DNA from: Candidatus Magasanikiibacteriota bacterium | GTDB taxonomy: Bacteria > Patescibacteriota > Patescibacteriia > Magasanikbacterales > UBA922 | Direction: 5' to 3' | Length of the DNA stretch: 64,000 nucleotides | Assembly: GCA_018661775.1 (NCBI GenBank) | Contig: JABJHO010000014.1 | Coordinates: 42,305-106,304, forward strand | In this document: positions 9,400 through 19,015 of the stretch, in pieces | How the letters are laid out: the number at the start of each line of letters is the position of its first letter | Numbering within the stretch: position 1 is the first letter of the stretch | Notes under the pieces: generated by a model | Told to the model about the DNA's origin: nothing | Databases searched by the model: none | The model's input: the letters and a program-made list of their open reading frames with translations, nothing else | Translations under genes and position numbers: made by a program

Positions 9400-10176
9400 T
9401 TATGTTATTAATCTGCGAATTTCTAAGATTTTTGCGCTTTTTGCACGGCCAAATGTTTCATTTGCTTCACCTATTTTTTCATGCTCTTGCCAGGTCTGCT
9501 GTGATAGATCTTTTTTTGTGTCTGTAACGGTAATGTTTCCCTGTCTAATACCATGATTGTATTTTCCATCTGCAAGCCACGCAAGACTGTGTGTATAATG
9601 AATTATTTTCGGTGCACCACCTTCGTAGTCTACTTGGTGCACAATAAGTATATGGTCAAGATCATGTCGTTTTCCTGTATCAAGCATAATAATGCAATCT
9701 CCAGGTTCTATAGTGTTAAGAGAGATCGTTTGGCTGTTTTTGTTGTCTGCCAAAACACGTACATTTGTATTTTCAATGGTGCGGAATTTTCTCACAAGCC
9801 GTCTCAATAGATTGTTGGTTTTTGGAAATGACAAACGTGTGTGCAATGGTTTTGTTGTTTGTGCAATCGTTTGGGCGTTGAGAATGTAATACGCAAGCCC
9901 CGAGCAGTCAATACCAATAGCATGATCTACAAGAAATTTTTTTACCTCTGTCTGAGAAAGTGTCGTAAGGTCAATATGTTTTTTTCTTGCAATAATTTCT
10001 ATTTCTTGCACAATATCTTCTACGGAACCTTTTCCTAAGTGCACACGCAAACCTGCCCGAACCTTTGTCTTTTTATTGTTCATGTACGGGCAAGCAACTG
10101 TGTGTTTTCCAATGGGCATGTGCAGATATGCTTCAATAATATCCATTGCTGGTTTCACTATTTTTTTTGTTGTCAT
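9400..10176 (-). CDS. cytoplasmic NlpC/P60-like (papain-fold Cys/His) hydrolase candidate
   Basis: 258 aa, no signal peptide. GIDCSGLAYYIL matches the NlpC/P60 catalytic Cys motif, and a downstream DHILIVHQV region supplies a candidate catalytic His. Confidence 0.4.
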   Translation of the reverse strand: MTTKKIVKPAMDIIEAYLHMPIGKHTVACPYMNNKKTKVRAGLRVHLGKGSVEDIVQEIEIIARKKHIDLTTLSQTEVKKFLVDHAIGIDCSGLAYYILNAQTIAQTTKPLHTRLSFPKTNNLLRRLVRKFRTIENTNVRVLADNKNSQTISLNTIEPGDCIIMLDTGKRHDLDHILIVHQVDYEGGAPKIIHYTHSLAWLADGKYNHGIRQGNITVTDTKKDLSQQTWQEHEKIGEANETFGRAKSAKILEIRRLIT

Positions 10177-11435
10177 AAAGCGTTTTCTATAATGGTTACA
10201 ATCTTTTTTCCGAGTGCATTATATACACCATGTTTTGTCATAATGCTTTCTTTAGACTGAATGCGTAACAGGTCAGACCCTAGTGTGGTGGTTGTGTACG
10301 GGATAACAGAGAGCCCAGCTTGCTCAAGTGCTTTTTTTGTTTGCGTTACGTCTATGTCTTGTGCGTCTTTTGTGAGCCTGAGAACAAGTTGTGCCCCACG
10401 TGTTACAGGAACAAGTTTGTGATCTTTTGTTTCAAGGTTTGCCAGTGCTGCGACATGCGCTTCAAACGTTGTCATGAGATTTTTTACCTGTTTTGCTATG
10501 GATTGTTGCTGTAAGTGTGATTCAAAAATAACAGAAGCTGGTTGCCTTGCATTAATCTCCAAAAGATATACGTTTCCTGTTTCTTCTTCTACGATAATGT
10601 CTATCCCAAAAGCCCCGCGCCATCCATCGTGTTGCATTTTTTTTCCAACTGCATGGGCTATTTCTTTACACTTCGCCTGTTGATCATATGAGAGTATGTC
10701 TTTTGGAAGACCCCAGTCATTGCCGATGGTGGCAAAAGGTTGGTCGGTAAAAGGAGAGAGCCCAGTAATTTGGTAACTCAATGATCCTGTGTGGATCGCA
10801 TCTTTTGAGACAACGCCGTTGCAAGTAAACGTGGGGCCGTTAATATAGGCCGACACTTTTACCGGTCTTTCGGGAAATGTTTTTTGGAGTTCTTGTAGTT
10901 GTATTTCGCTGTCTATTAATACTGTTCCACTTCCGGTGTGTCCCTGGTTAAATTGCAATACAAATGGTTCATAATTCCATGCAATGTTTTTGCATACATC
11001 TATGTGGTGAGGGGGAAGATGTGTAGTCATTGTACCAAGCCACGCAACTTGTGAAATTTTCTCTTCTATGTTGCTTGCTAGGTTGGTAAGCGGGTTAAGT
11101 AGTGGGATATTATGTGTCTTGCAAATCCGCTCTATTTTTTTTGTAGGTTTGTATACCATAATACCACCAAATGCGTTTTCACCACATTCTTTGGTTTTTT
11201 TTGCAATGTACGCGAGTGATTTTGGATGCTCAAGGAGTTGCCAAGAATCCAAAAGTGTAGTAGTGTCAATGAGTACAATGTGTGACCTTTCTTGGGCATA
11301 TGATTTGGCAAACTCGGTCACATTTGAGATAATAGAAAAATCAGAGATAGACATGTCCATCCCCGATGCTCGCTCAAAAGAGCGATTTACATATATAATG
11401 TGGTGATTTTTAAGCCACGTGAGTAATTTTTCCAT
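10173..11435 (-). CDS. ATP-grasp carboxylate-amine/peptide ligase (Ddl-like or side-chain ligase candidate)
   Basis: Core ATP-grasp signature GAFGIDIIVEEETGNVYLLEINARQ with a pre-ATP-grasp N-domain. Start taken at ATG 11435 (MEKLLTW) because the longer ORF overlaps murB upstream. The 4-nt overlap with the downstream gene implies an operon. Confidence 0.6.
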   Translation of the reverse strand: MEKLLTWLKNHHIIYVNRSFERASGMDMSISDFSIISNVTEFAKSYAQERSHIVLIDTTTLLDSWQLLEHPKSLAYIAKKTKECGENAFGGIMVYKPTKKIERICKTHNIPLLNPLTNLASNIEEKISQVAWLGTMTTHLPPHHIDVCKNIAWNYEPFVLQFNQGHTGSGTVLIDSEIQLQELQKTFPERPVKVSAYINGPTFTCNGVVSKDAIHTGSLSYQITGLSPFTDQPFATIGNDWGLPKDILSYDQQAKCKEIAHAVGKKMQHDGWRGAFGIDIIVEEETGNVYLLEINARQPASVIFESHLQQQSIAKQVKNLMTTFEAHVAALANLETKDHKLVPVTRGAQLVLRLTKDAQDIDVTQTKKALEQAGLSVIPYTTTTLGSDLLRIQSKESIMTKHGVYNALGKKIVTIIENAL

Positions 11436-11468
11436 ATTTAGGCTTAGTATAGTAAAAAAAGCCGTTTT

Positions 11469-12449
11469 TTGCAACCTTTGATATATTTTATGGATCCATT
11501 TTATACACAACTCAAAACCTACGGAAAAGTGCGATGTAATGAATCTTTGGCAAAGCATATTACGTATAAGATTGGTGGCCCTGCCAAGTATTTTGTGATT
11601 GTAAAAGATATGTCCCATCTCCAAGCGCTTTTGCAGTTTATTGACGGAGAAGGGGTAAAACGTATTATCTTGGGTGGAGGAAGTAATATATTATTTCCAG
11701 ATGAAGGTTTTGATGGGGTGGTAATACAGATTATTGATAAGACGTTCTCGATTTCTGGTCCCAAGGTGGAGGCAGTTGCAAGTGCACTGATGAAAGATAT
11801 TTCTGAGGCAACTGTTGCCGCAGGTTTGGCGGGTTTTGTTTGGGCAATTGGTGTTCCTGGAACTATAGCAGGTGCGTTGCGAGGTAATGCTGCGTATAAT
11901 GGGGTTGCAATGGGGGATGCTGTGTCCAGTGTGGAGGTGTACAGAGATGGAGAGGTGGTGCTGTTATCAAACCATGATTGTGTGTTTGGTCCAAAAGATT
12001 CAGTGTTTAAGCATAACAATGATGTGATTTTGCGTATTTGGCTTGCATTAAAAAAAGGAGAGAAGCAAAAGATTGCTCAAGAGGCAATGGAGAATATTTC
12101 ATATAGACAACGCACTCAGCCAGAAGGTAAAGGTTCAGCGGGTTGTGTATTTAAGAACATAGTTGTTGAAGAAAAAGATGTGGATAATTTTTTGGCAAAA
12201 TTTAATGATAAAAAAATACAGGAATGTATTACAAAATATCATAAAATTCCTGTTGGCCGTTTAATTGAATTACTTGGACTAAAGGGGACTGTTTCTGGGA
12301 ATGCACAGATTTCTGAGGTGCATGGTAATTTTGTGATTAATTTGGGCGGTGCAAGTGCAAAAGATGTGTGCATCTTAATTGAACTTATACGGGAAAACGT
12401 GTACAATACCTATGGGTTTGAATTAGAGGAGGAAATTCAAATTGTTTAA
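11469..12449 (+). CDS. murB: UDP-N-acetylenolpyruvoylglucosamine reductase
   Basis: FAD-binding N-terminus (ITYKIGGPAKYF), GGGSNIL motif, ~320 aa. TTG start at 11469 or ATG at 11490. Confidence 0.85.
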   Translation: MQPLIYFMDPFYTQLKTYGKVRCNESLAKHITYKIGGPAKYFVIVKDMSHLQALLQFIDGEGVKRIILGGGSNILFPDEGFDGVVIQIIDKTFSISGPKVEAVASALMKDISEATVAAGLAGFVWAIGVPGTIAGALRGNAAYNGVAMGDAVSSVEVYRDGEVVLLSNHDCVFGPKDSVFKHNNDVILRIWLALKKGEKQKIAQEAMENISYRQRTQPEGKGSAGCVFKNIVVEEKDVDNFLAKFNDKKIQECITKYHKIPVGRLIELLGLKGTVSGNAQISEVHGNFVINLGGASAKDVCILIELIRENVYNTYGFELEEEIQIV

Positions 12450-12469
12450 TTCTTTTAACATAGACGCGT

Positions 12470-12823
12470 ATGATTATTACCATTCAATTTAGTAATATTG
12501 AGCCCACTGATGCTATAAGAGAATATACAGAAGAAAAATTGCAGACTTTGACAAAGTTTTTTGAGAATATTCAAAAAATGGATGTTGACCTTGGTGCACG
12601 AGAACAGCATCACAAAAAAGGAAAGCGGTATTATGCGGAAGTAAATGTTCATATTCCGGGTAAGGTGGTGCGTATAGCAAAAGATACAGAAGAATTATAC
12701 AAAGCCATAGATAAAGTAAAAGACCATCTTAAGGTTGAGTTACAGAAAATAAAAGAGAAGATGAGAAGGCAGGATAGAAAAGTTATTCGTAATCAAAAAG
12801 AGTATCGTGTTGAAGAATTCTAA
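12470..12823 (+). CDS. hpf: ribosome hibernation promoting factor (short HPF/RaiA)
   Basis: 117 aa. REYTEEKL...YAEVNVHIPGKVVRIAKDTEELYKAIDKVKDHL typical of HPF. Confidence 0.85.
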   Translation: MIITIQFSNIEPTDAIREYTEEKLQTLTKFFENIQKMDVDLGAREQHHKKGKRYYAEVNVHIPGKVVRIAKDTEELYKAIDKVKDHLKVELQKIKEKMRRQDRKVIRNQKEYRVEEF

Positions 12824-12835
12824 ATAGTGTGTGGG

Positions 12836-12866
12836 AAAAAAGGCATGAAACGTTTCATGCCTTTTT
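12836..12866 (+). terminator. rho-independent terminator after hpf
   Basis: Perfect 10-bp stem GGCATGAAAC/GTTTCATGCC followed by TTTTT. Confidence 0.6.
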
Positions 12867-12889
12867 AAGTTTATGATAAAAATATAGCA

Positions 12890-12918
12890 TGGACAAAAAG
12901 ATAGGAATATGCTAGAAT
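12890..12918 (+). promoter_or_regulatory. sigma70-like promoter upstream of secA
   Basis: TGGACA - 17 bp - TAGAAT (TGcTAGAAT extended -10). Confidence 0.4.
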
Positions 12919-12946
12919 ATCTTCACATTATATAAATACTTTTATT

Positions 12947-15727
12947 ATGATTTCTCTTAAAAAAATGTACGAAACTGTGTTTGGAAGTGCCAACGATGCA
13001 ACCATGAAAAATTTTCAACCATTAGTGAGCACTATTAACGCATTAGAGGTTGAGTACGAGGCGCTGACCGATGAGCAAATTCAAGAAAAAACTACAGTAT
13101 TTAAAAAACAACTAGCGGATGGTAAGAGTCTTAATGAGATATTACCAGAAGCTTTTGCCACGGTAAGAGAGGCAGGTAAGCGCGTTCTTGGAATGCGTCA
13201 TTATGATGTGCAACTTATTGGAGGTATCGCACTCCACAGAGGTATAATTGCAGAAATGAGAACAGGAGAAGGAAAAACGCTTGTGGCAACACTACCGACA
13301 TATTTGAACGCCCTTGAAGGTAAAGGGGTTCATGTGATTACGGTAAATGACTATCTTGCAAAAAGAGACGCGGTTTGGATGGGGCAGATATATGATTTCT
13401 TGGGATTGTCTGTTGGGATAGTACAAGGACAGCGTGTGTCTTTTTTGTATGACACGTCATTTGATGGAAGTGAAGAGGGGGGAGACATTGATGTTGCACG
13501 AGACCAGTTGGGGAGTTTTAAGATTGAAGACCAGTATCTGAGACCGTGTTCTCGAAAAGATGCGTATCGTGCGGATATCACATACGGAACAAACAATGAA
13601 TATGGTTTTGATTATTTGCGAGATAATATGGTGCAAGATGTAGAAGAGATGGTTATGCGTCCTGGGGAAGAAATGCATTACGCGGTGATTGATGAGATTG
13701 ATTCTATTTTAATTGATGAGGCGCGCACACCACTGATTATCTCTGCACCTGCTGAGGCGGCCACAGAGCAGTATTATACGTTTGCAAAAATTGTAAAAAC
13801 ATTAAAAGAGGAAGATCATTATAATGTTGATGAAAAAATGAATAGCGCCACACTTACAGCTGACGGTATTACTGTGTTTGAAAAAACATTGGGAGTGGAA
13901 AATATCTATGCAGAAGGTGGAATGCGTATTGTGCATCATGTTGAGCAAGCGCTTAAGGCCGAGATGTTGTTTAAGCGAGACAAAGAGTATGTGGTAGAAG
14001 AGAATGAAGTGGTAATTATTGATGAGTTTACTGGAAGAAAAATGCCAGGAAGGCGATATTCAGAAGGTTTGCATCAGGCAATAGAAGCAAAGGAAGGTTT
14101 GTCAATTCAACAAGAGAGTAAGACGCTTGCTACGATCACGTTTCAAAATCTTTTTCGTATGTACACCAAGCTTTCGGGTATGACAGGTACGGCAATTACC
14201 GAAGAAGAGGAATTCGGGAGTATTTATCAGTTAGACGTGCTGGTGATCCCTACAAACAAAGAAGACAAGAGAGTAGACAGGACAGATAGGATTTATAAAA
14301 ATGATACCGGCAAAAACAAAGCAATTTTAGAAAAAATAAAAGAATGCAAAGAAAAAGGGCAGCCTATTCTGGTTGGTACTATTTCGGTAGAAAAGAATGA
14401 GGTGCTGAGTCACTATCTTTCTCTTAATAATATTACACATGAGATACTTAATGCCAAGAACCATGAACGAGAAGGGGAGATTGTGGCTAATGCTGGAAAA
14501 ACAAGTGCGGTGACACTTGCCACAAACATGGCGGGCCGTGGTGTGGACATTAAGCTTGGTGGTGCAGATGCTACAAAAGAGGAGGAGCAGCGGGTTATTG
14601 AAGCTGGCGGTCTTTTTGTACTTGGAACAGAGCGGCACGAGTCACGGAGAATAGATAATCAGTTGCGCGGTAGAAGTGCGCGTCAGGGTGACCCCGGTGA
14701 GACGCAATTTTTTGTTTCAACACAAGATGATCTTATGCGTATTTTTGGCGGCGAAAGACTTCAGTCCGTTATGACGCGGTTGAAGGTGCCAGAAGATATG
14801 CCAATTGAGCAAAACATGATTACGAAGATGCTCGAAGGTGCACAAAAAAAAGTAGAGTCCCACCATTATGATACAAGAAAACACTTGTTAGAATATGATG
14901 ATATTCTCAATAAGCAGCGGCATATTATTTACCAAAAGAGGCGAGAAATTCTTGATCTTTCAAAAGAGTCTGAGGTTGATGAGAAAGAAACAGAAGGTGG
15001 TGCTACGTCGCTAAAAGAGGTTGTTATGAATATGATAGAGCAAGAGATTATGTTTGTGGTATCTTTTCATACGAATGTTCGAATGGAAGAAGGAAAGCAG
15101 GATGATGAGTGGAATATTCAGGAAATTTATGAAACAATGCACACGATTTGTACTTTTACAGAAGAAGAAAAGCGAGGGCTTCTTTCTATGGGTAACACCA
15201 AGGAGAGCAAGTTTGATGCAGTGCAAGAGCGGGATCGTATTGTGCAGTTTTTACTTACCAAAGCATCGACTGCATATACTGCTATTGAAGAACATATTGC
15301 TTCTCAGGGTCAGCATATGGATATTGGTGAGGCAGATAAAGTAATGCGTGCGGTAGAAAAACAAATATTATTACGTTCGGTTGATACGCTTTGGGTGGAT
15401 CATTTAGTTGAGATGACATATTTACGAACAGGCATTGGTTTGCGTGGGTATGGCCAGAGAGATCCACTTATTGAGTATAAAAAAGAGTCGTTTGGTATCT
15501 TTAATAGACTGCAAGAAAATATTCAAAAAGAGGTAGTATATTCATTTTTTAAAGTGGGAGTAGGTTTGCAGATTGCTCCGACTATTATGGCTGAAGATAG
15601 TATGATTCTGAAGGGTGCAAAAAAAACCACAGAAAGCGAAGCATTGCAAAATAAAGATGGTGGACCAGGCACAGCAAAAAAGAAAAAAATGAGTAAAAAA
15701 GAACGCAAGAGGAGTAAAAATAAGTAA
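12947..15727 (+). CDS. secA: preprotein translocase ATPase SecA
   Basis: 926 aa. Characteristic N-terminus, Walker A MRTGEGKT and DEAD-like region. C-terminal Lys-rich tail without the zinc-finger. Confidence 0.95.
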   Translation: MISLKKMYETVFGSANDATMKNFQPLVSTINALEVEYEALTDEQIQEKTTVFKKQLADGKSLNEILPEAFATVREAGKRVLGMRHYDVQLIGGIALHRGIIAEMRTGEGKTLVATLPTYLNALEGKGVHVITVNDYLAKRDAVWMGQIYDFLGLSVGIVQGQRVSFLYDTSFDGSEEGGDIDVARDQLGSFKIEDQYLRPCSRKDAYRADITYGTNNEYGFDYLRDNMVQDVEEMVMRPGEEMHYAVIDEIDSILIDEARTPLIISAPAEAATEQYYTFAKIVKTLKEEDHYNVDEKMNSATLTADGITVFEKTLGVENIYAEGGMRIVHHVEQALKAEMLFKRDKEYVVEENEVVIIDEFTGRKMPGRRYSEGLHQAIEAKEGLSIQQESKTLATITFQNLFRMYTKLSGMTGTAITEEEEFGSIYQLDVLVIPTNKEDKRVDRTDRIYKNDTGKNKAILEKIKECKEKGQPILVGTISVEKNEVLSHYLSLNNITHEILNAKNHEREGEIVANAGKTSAVTLATNMAGRGVDIKLGGADATKEEEQRVIEAGGLFVLGTERHESRRIDNQLRGRSARQGDPGETQFFVSTQDDLMRIFGGERLQSVMTRLKVPEDMPIEQNMITKMLEGAQKKVESHHYDTRKHLLEYDDILNKQRHIIYQKRREILDLSKESEVDEKETEGGATSLKEVVMNMIEQEIMFVVSFHTNVRMEEGKQDDEWNIQEIYETMHTICTFTEEEKRGLLSMGNTKESKFDAVQERDRIVQFLLTKASTAYTAIEEHIASQGQHMDIGEADKVMRAVEKQILLRSVDTLWVDHLVEMTYLRTGIGLRGYGQRDPLIEYKKESFGIFNRLQENIQKEVVYSFFKVGVGLQIAPTIMAEDSMILKGAKKTTESEALQNKDGGPGTAKKKKMSKKERKRSKNK

Positions 15728-15753
15728 TTATAACTGCTCTACGCAAAAAAGGG

Positions 15754-15782
15754 TTGACTTTTGCATTCCTGTGTCGTATTAT
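15754..15782 (+). promoter_or_regulatory. sigma70-like promoter upstream of secD
   Basis: TTGACT - 17 bp - TATTAT. Confidence 0.45.
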
Positions 15783-15817
15783 ACTTGCACTAATATATAA
15801 GGTACATTACTCTGTTT

Positions 15818-17854
15818 ATGAACAATCAAGAAGGGACAAAGCGCGTAAGAATGCGTTGGGGAATGGTAAGTATTACTATTTGTTTTTTGGCTATGCTCGG
15901 GTTTATATTCCCGAAGTATACAAATGTTGCTATTAACAATATTAATTCTTTGGCATATCTAGGATTACCAAACATATCGGAAGAGTCTTTTCGGTTGGGT
16001 CTAGATTTGCAAGGCGGTGCACATTTAATATATGAGGCAGACGTACAACACGTGGCAATCGAAGATCGTGCAACTGCAGTAGAAGGTGTGCGAGATGCGG
16101 TTGAGCGCCGAGTAAACGGGACGGGAGTTTCTGAACCAAATGTCCAAACAGCGCGTGTGGGTGAGGCATATAGGCTTATTGTTGATCTTCCAGGTATTGA
16201 AAATGTAAATGAAGCAATAAAACTTATAGGGGAGACACCGGTGCTAGAATTTAAGGAAGAAAATGATGTACCATCAAGGGAGCTTAATGAAGAAGAGAGA
16301 GAGTTAATAACACAAACAAATAGTACAGCAAAATCACGTTCAGAGGAGATAGCAGCCCGAGTGGCAGGTGGTGAGTCTTTTGAAGAGCTTGTTTCTGAGC
16401 TTTCTGAAGACACGATCACAAAAAATAATGGAGGGAGTTTGGGAAATGTTGAGGCAGGTCTGAGTATAACAGGCCCACTTTATGATTGGGCGAAGACTCA
16501 TGTGGATGGGGACATTTCTGAAACACCAATAGAAACAGAGCTGGGATATCACGTTGTAAAGCGCGGGAAAGATGGTGAGTCAAAAGAAAAAGTTTCAGCG
16601 AGCCATATACTAATCTGTTATTTTGGTGCACAGGGTTGTGAAGATGAAACATACACAAAAGAGTCGGCACTAGAAAAAGCACAAGAACTTTTTACTCAAG
16701 CAAATGCTGAAAATTTTGCTGATTTAGCAAAAGAATTTTCTACTGGACCAAGTAAGGGTGCGGGTGGGGACCTTGGTTCTTTTGGGCGCGGTATGATGAT
16801 ACCTGCGTTTGAAGAGGTAGTGTTTTCTGCAGAAGTGGGACAAATTGTAGGGCCAGTTGAAACTGATTTTGGGTATCATGTGATTTATAAGACCGATGTG
16901 GAGGAGGTTGCAACGTATGGCCTTGCTCATATTATGAGTAAAAAGCTAACAGAAAGAGAAGTTCTCCCACCGCAGGATTCATGGAAATCAACAGAGCTTT
17001 CCGGAAAACAACTTGAGCGGGCGGACGTTGCTATTGATCCGCAAACAGGTGCCGTACAAGTTTCTCTTGTTTTTGATAAGGAAGGAAAAAAACTATTTGA
17101 AGATATTACACGAAGAAACCTTAATAAACCTGTTGCAATCTTTTTAGATGGCTCTCCTATTAGTATACCAACAGTTCAGGCCGTCATCGGTGGAGGGGAG
17201 GCGGTGATTACTGGATCATTTACCATTCCAGAAGCAAAACTTTTATCTCAAAGACTTAATACGGGTGCATTACCTGTTCCTATTACTCTTGTATCCCAGC
17301 AGGCTATTGGTGCAAGTTTGGGGGCCGAATCACTGGTAAAGAGTTTGCATGCCGGAATAATTGCTATTATATTGGTAATGCTCTTTATGGTTCTGTATTA
17401 TAGATTACCAGGGGTACTGGCAGTTATTTCTTTAAGCATATATATTGTTGCTGCACTTGCTATTTTTAAATTAATAGGCGTGACATTGACACTAGCTGGA
17501 ATTGCTGGATTTATCCTCTCTATTGGTATGGCGGTTGATGCAAATGTACTGATTTTTGAAAGAATGAAGGAGGAGCTGCGCGAAGGGAAGAGTTTGAAAG
17601 TTGCGGTGGAAGAAGGGTTTGTGCGTGCGTGGACATCTATACGAGATGGAAATATTTCAACACTTATTACCTGTGTATTGTTGGTTGGGTTTGGTGCAAG
17701 TTTTGTTCAGGGGTTTGCTGCAACATTGTCAATTGGTATTTTATTGAGCATGTTTTCGGCGATTACCATTACACGATTGTTTTTGCGTGCAATAGTGCCA
17801 CTATTTTCTCGGTACGGCAATAGACTCTTTTTAGGATTTACTGAAAAAAAATAA
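15818..17854 (+). CDS. secD: protein-export membrane protein SecD with inserted tandem parvulin-type PPIase domains
   Basis: LGLDLQGG P1-domain start. Canonical P1 head (AIFLDG...ISIPTV...ITGSF) and six-TM C-terminus. Residues ~150-345 carry two parvulin signatures (GGSLG...ELGYHVV and SHILI...GGDLGSFGRGMMIPAFEEVVF...FGYHVIYK). Confidence 0.9.
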   Translation: MNNQEGTKRVRMRWGMVSITICFLAMLGFIFPKYTNVAINNINSLAYLGLPNISEESFRLGLDLQGGAHLIYEADVQHVAIEDRATAVEGVRDAVERRVNGTGVSEPNVQTARVGEAYRLIVDLPGIENVNEAIKLIGETPVLEFKEENDVPSRELNEEERELITQTNSTAKSRSEEIAARVAGGESFEELVSELSEDTITKNNGGSLGNVEAGLSITGPLYDWAKTHVDGDISETPIETELGYHVVKRGKDGESKEKVSASHILICYFGAQGCEDETYTKESALEKAQELFTQANAENFADLAKEFSTGPSKGAGGDLGSFGRGMMIPAFEEVVFSAEVGQIVGPVETDFGYHVIYKTDVEEVATYGLAHIMSKKLTEREVLPPQDSWKSTELSGKQLERADVAIDPQTGAVQVSLVFDKEGKKLFEDITRRNLNKPVAIFLDGSPISIPTVQAVIGGGEAVITGSFTIPEAKLLSQRLNTGALPVPITLVSQQAIGASLGAESLVKSLHAGIIAIILVMLFMVLYYRLPGVLAVISLSIYIVAALAIFKLIGVTLTLAGIAGFILSIGMAVDANVLIFERMKEELREGKSLKVAVEEGFVRAWTSIRDGNISTLITCVLLVGFGASFVQGFAATLSIGILLSMFSAITITRLFLRAIVPLFSRYGNRLFLGFTEKK

Positions 17855-17855
17855 T

Positions 17856-18749
17856 ATGATTCCAATAATACAAAAAAAGAACATTTCTTTTACAATTTCC
17901 ACGATTCTCTTTACTTTGAGTCTTATTCTACTTGTTGTTGTAGGTATTAAGCCAGGTATAGATTTTACTGGTGGTACGTTAATACAGTTGCGTTTTGAAG
18001 GAGAGCGCCCAGAACGCGCTGCATTGCAGACTGTGGTGGAGGGTCTTGAGTTAGGCAATGTACTCATACAGCCAGCAGATAACGATTCTCATATCGTGAA
18101 GATGGCATATTTAGAAGAAGAAGATCATCAGCGCCTTTTGTTATCAGTTCGGACAGCATATGAGTCTGAGGAATATAAAGTTGTTGAAGAAAGTGTTGAG
18201 ACTATTGGCCCTTCAATAAGTAGCGATCTTCGTTCAAGATCTATCAAGGCTGGATTTGGTGTGGTTATTGCTATTATTCTTTTTATCGCGTACTCTTTTA
18301 GAAAGGTGTCTAAACCAGTGTCTTCTTGGAAGTTTGGTGTTACGGCGATTATTGCCCTACTTCACGATGTTATTATAACAATGGGTGTTTTTGTACTACT
18401 TGGCCACTTTTTGGGGGTAGAGGTCGGTATTCCGTTTGTTGTGGCAATGCTTACCATTCTTGGGTATTCTGTCAACGATACTATTGTTGTATTTGATAGG
18501 ATTAGGGAAAAAATTATGAGAAAAGAATATAAGAATTTTGCAGAGACGGTTAATGTTGGAGTGAATGAAACTATTCCTCGTTCAATAAATACATCAGTAA
18601 CCACTTTGTTAGTGCTTCTTGGTCTATGTATTTTTGGTGGAGAAAGTGTACGATTCTTCTCACTTTCTTTGGTGATAGGTATTATACTAGGAACATATTC
18701 GTCACTGTTTTTGGCGAGCCCACTGTTAGTTTGGTGGGAGAAAAAATAG
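17856..18749 (+). CDS. secF: protein-export membrane protein SecF
   Basis: GIDFTGGT motif, 6 TM, 297 aa. Immediately follows secD. Confidence 0.9.
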   Translation: MIPIIQKKNISFTISTILFTLSLILLVVVGIKPGIDFTGGTLIQLRFEGERPERAALQTVVEGLELGNVLIQPADNDSHIVKMAYLEEEDHQRLLLSVRTAYESEEYKVVEESVETIGPSISSDLRSRSIKAGFGVVIAIILFIAYSFRKVSKPVSSWKFGVTAIIALLHDVIITMGVFVLLGHFLGVEVGIPFVVAMLTILGYSVNDTIVVFDRIREKIMRKEYKNFAETVNVGVNETIPRSINTSVTTLLVLLGLCIFGGESVRFFSLSLVIGIILGTYSSLFLASPLLVWWEKK

Positions 18750-18852
18750 TATTTTGCATCTTCTGTGGAAAAACAGCACGTTTGTGCTTTTTTTCTTTCT
18801 CTTTTTATTTTAGTGTAATTCTGTTATACTTACTCTATAAATAAATAATCAT

Positions 18853-19014
18853 ATGACAGACAATTTTATTCGTCATCTTATAGCATTTCTTGTGGTGCTT
18901 ATTTGTCTTATTATTTTTAGTGTTGGATATATGTCCGGAATACGAGGTTGGTGGTTTTCTGGCTTTACTCTTTTGTTTGTGTACATAATTATCTACAAAC
19001 TTGTTGATGTGTAA
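18853..19014 (+). CDS. possible small two-TM membrane protein (53 aa)
   Basis: ATG ORF MTDNFIRHLIAFLVVLICLIIFSVGYMSGIRGWWFSGFTLLFVYIIIYKLVDV in the secF-downstream gap. Below tool cutoff. Confidence 0.25.
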   Translation: MTDNFIRHLIAFLVVLICLIIFSVGYMSGIRGWWFSGFTLLFVYIIIYKLVDV

Positions 19015-19015
19015 T

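Noticed and set aside
11519-12019. 166-aa minus-strand ORF
   Set aside because: Lies entirely antisense inside murB. Low-complexity Pro/Ser/Ala translation typical of antisense frames.
15826-16419. 197-aa minus-strand ORF
   Set aside because: Antisense to the conserved N-terminal part of secD. Ser/Thr-rich artefact.
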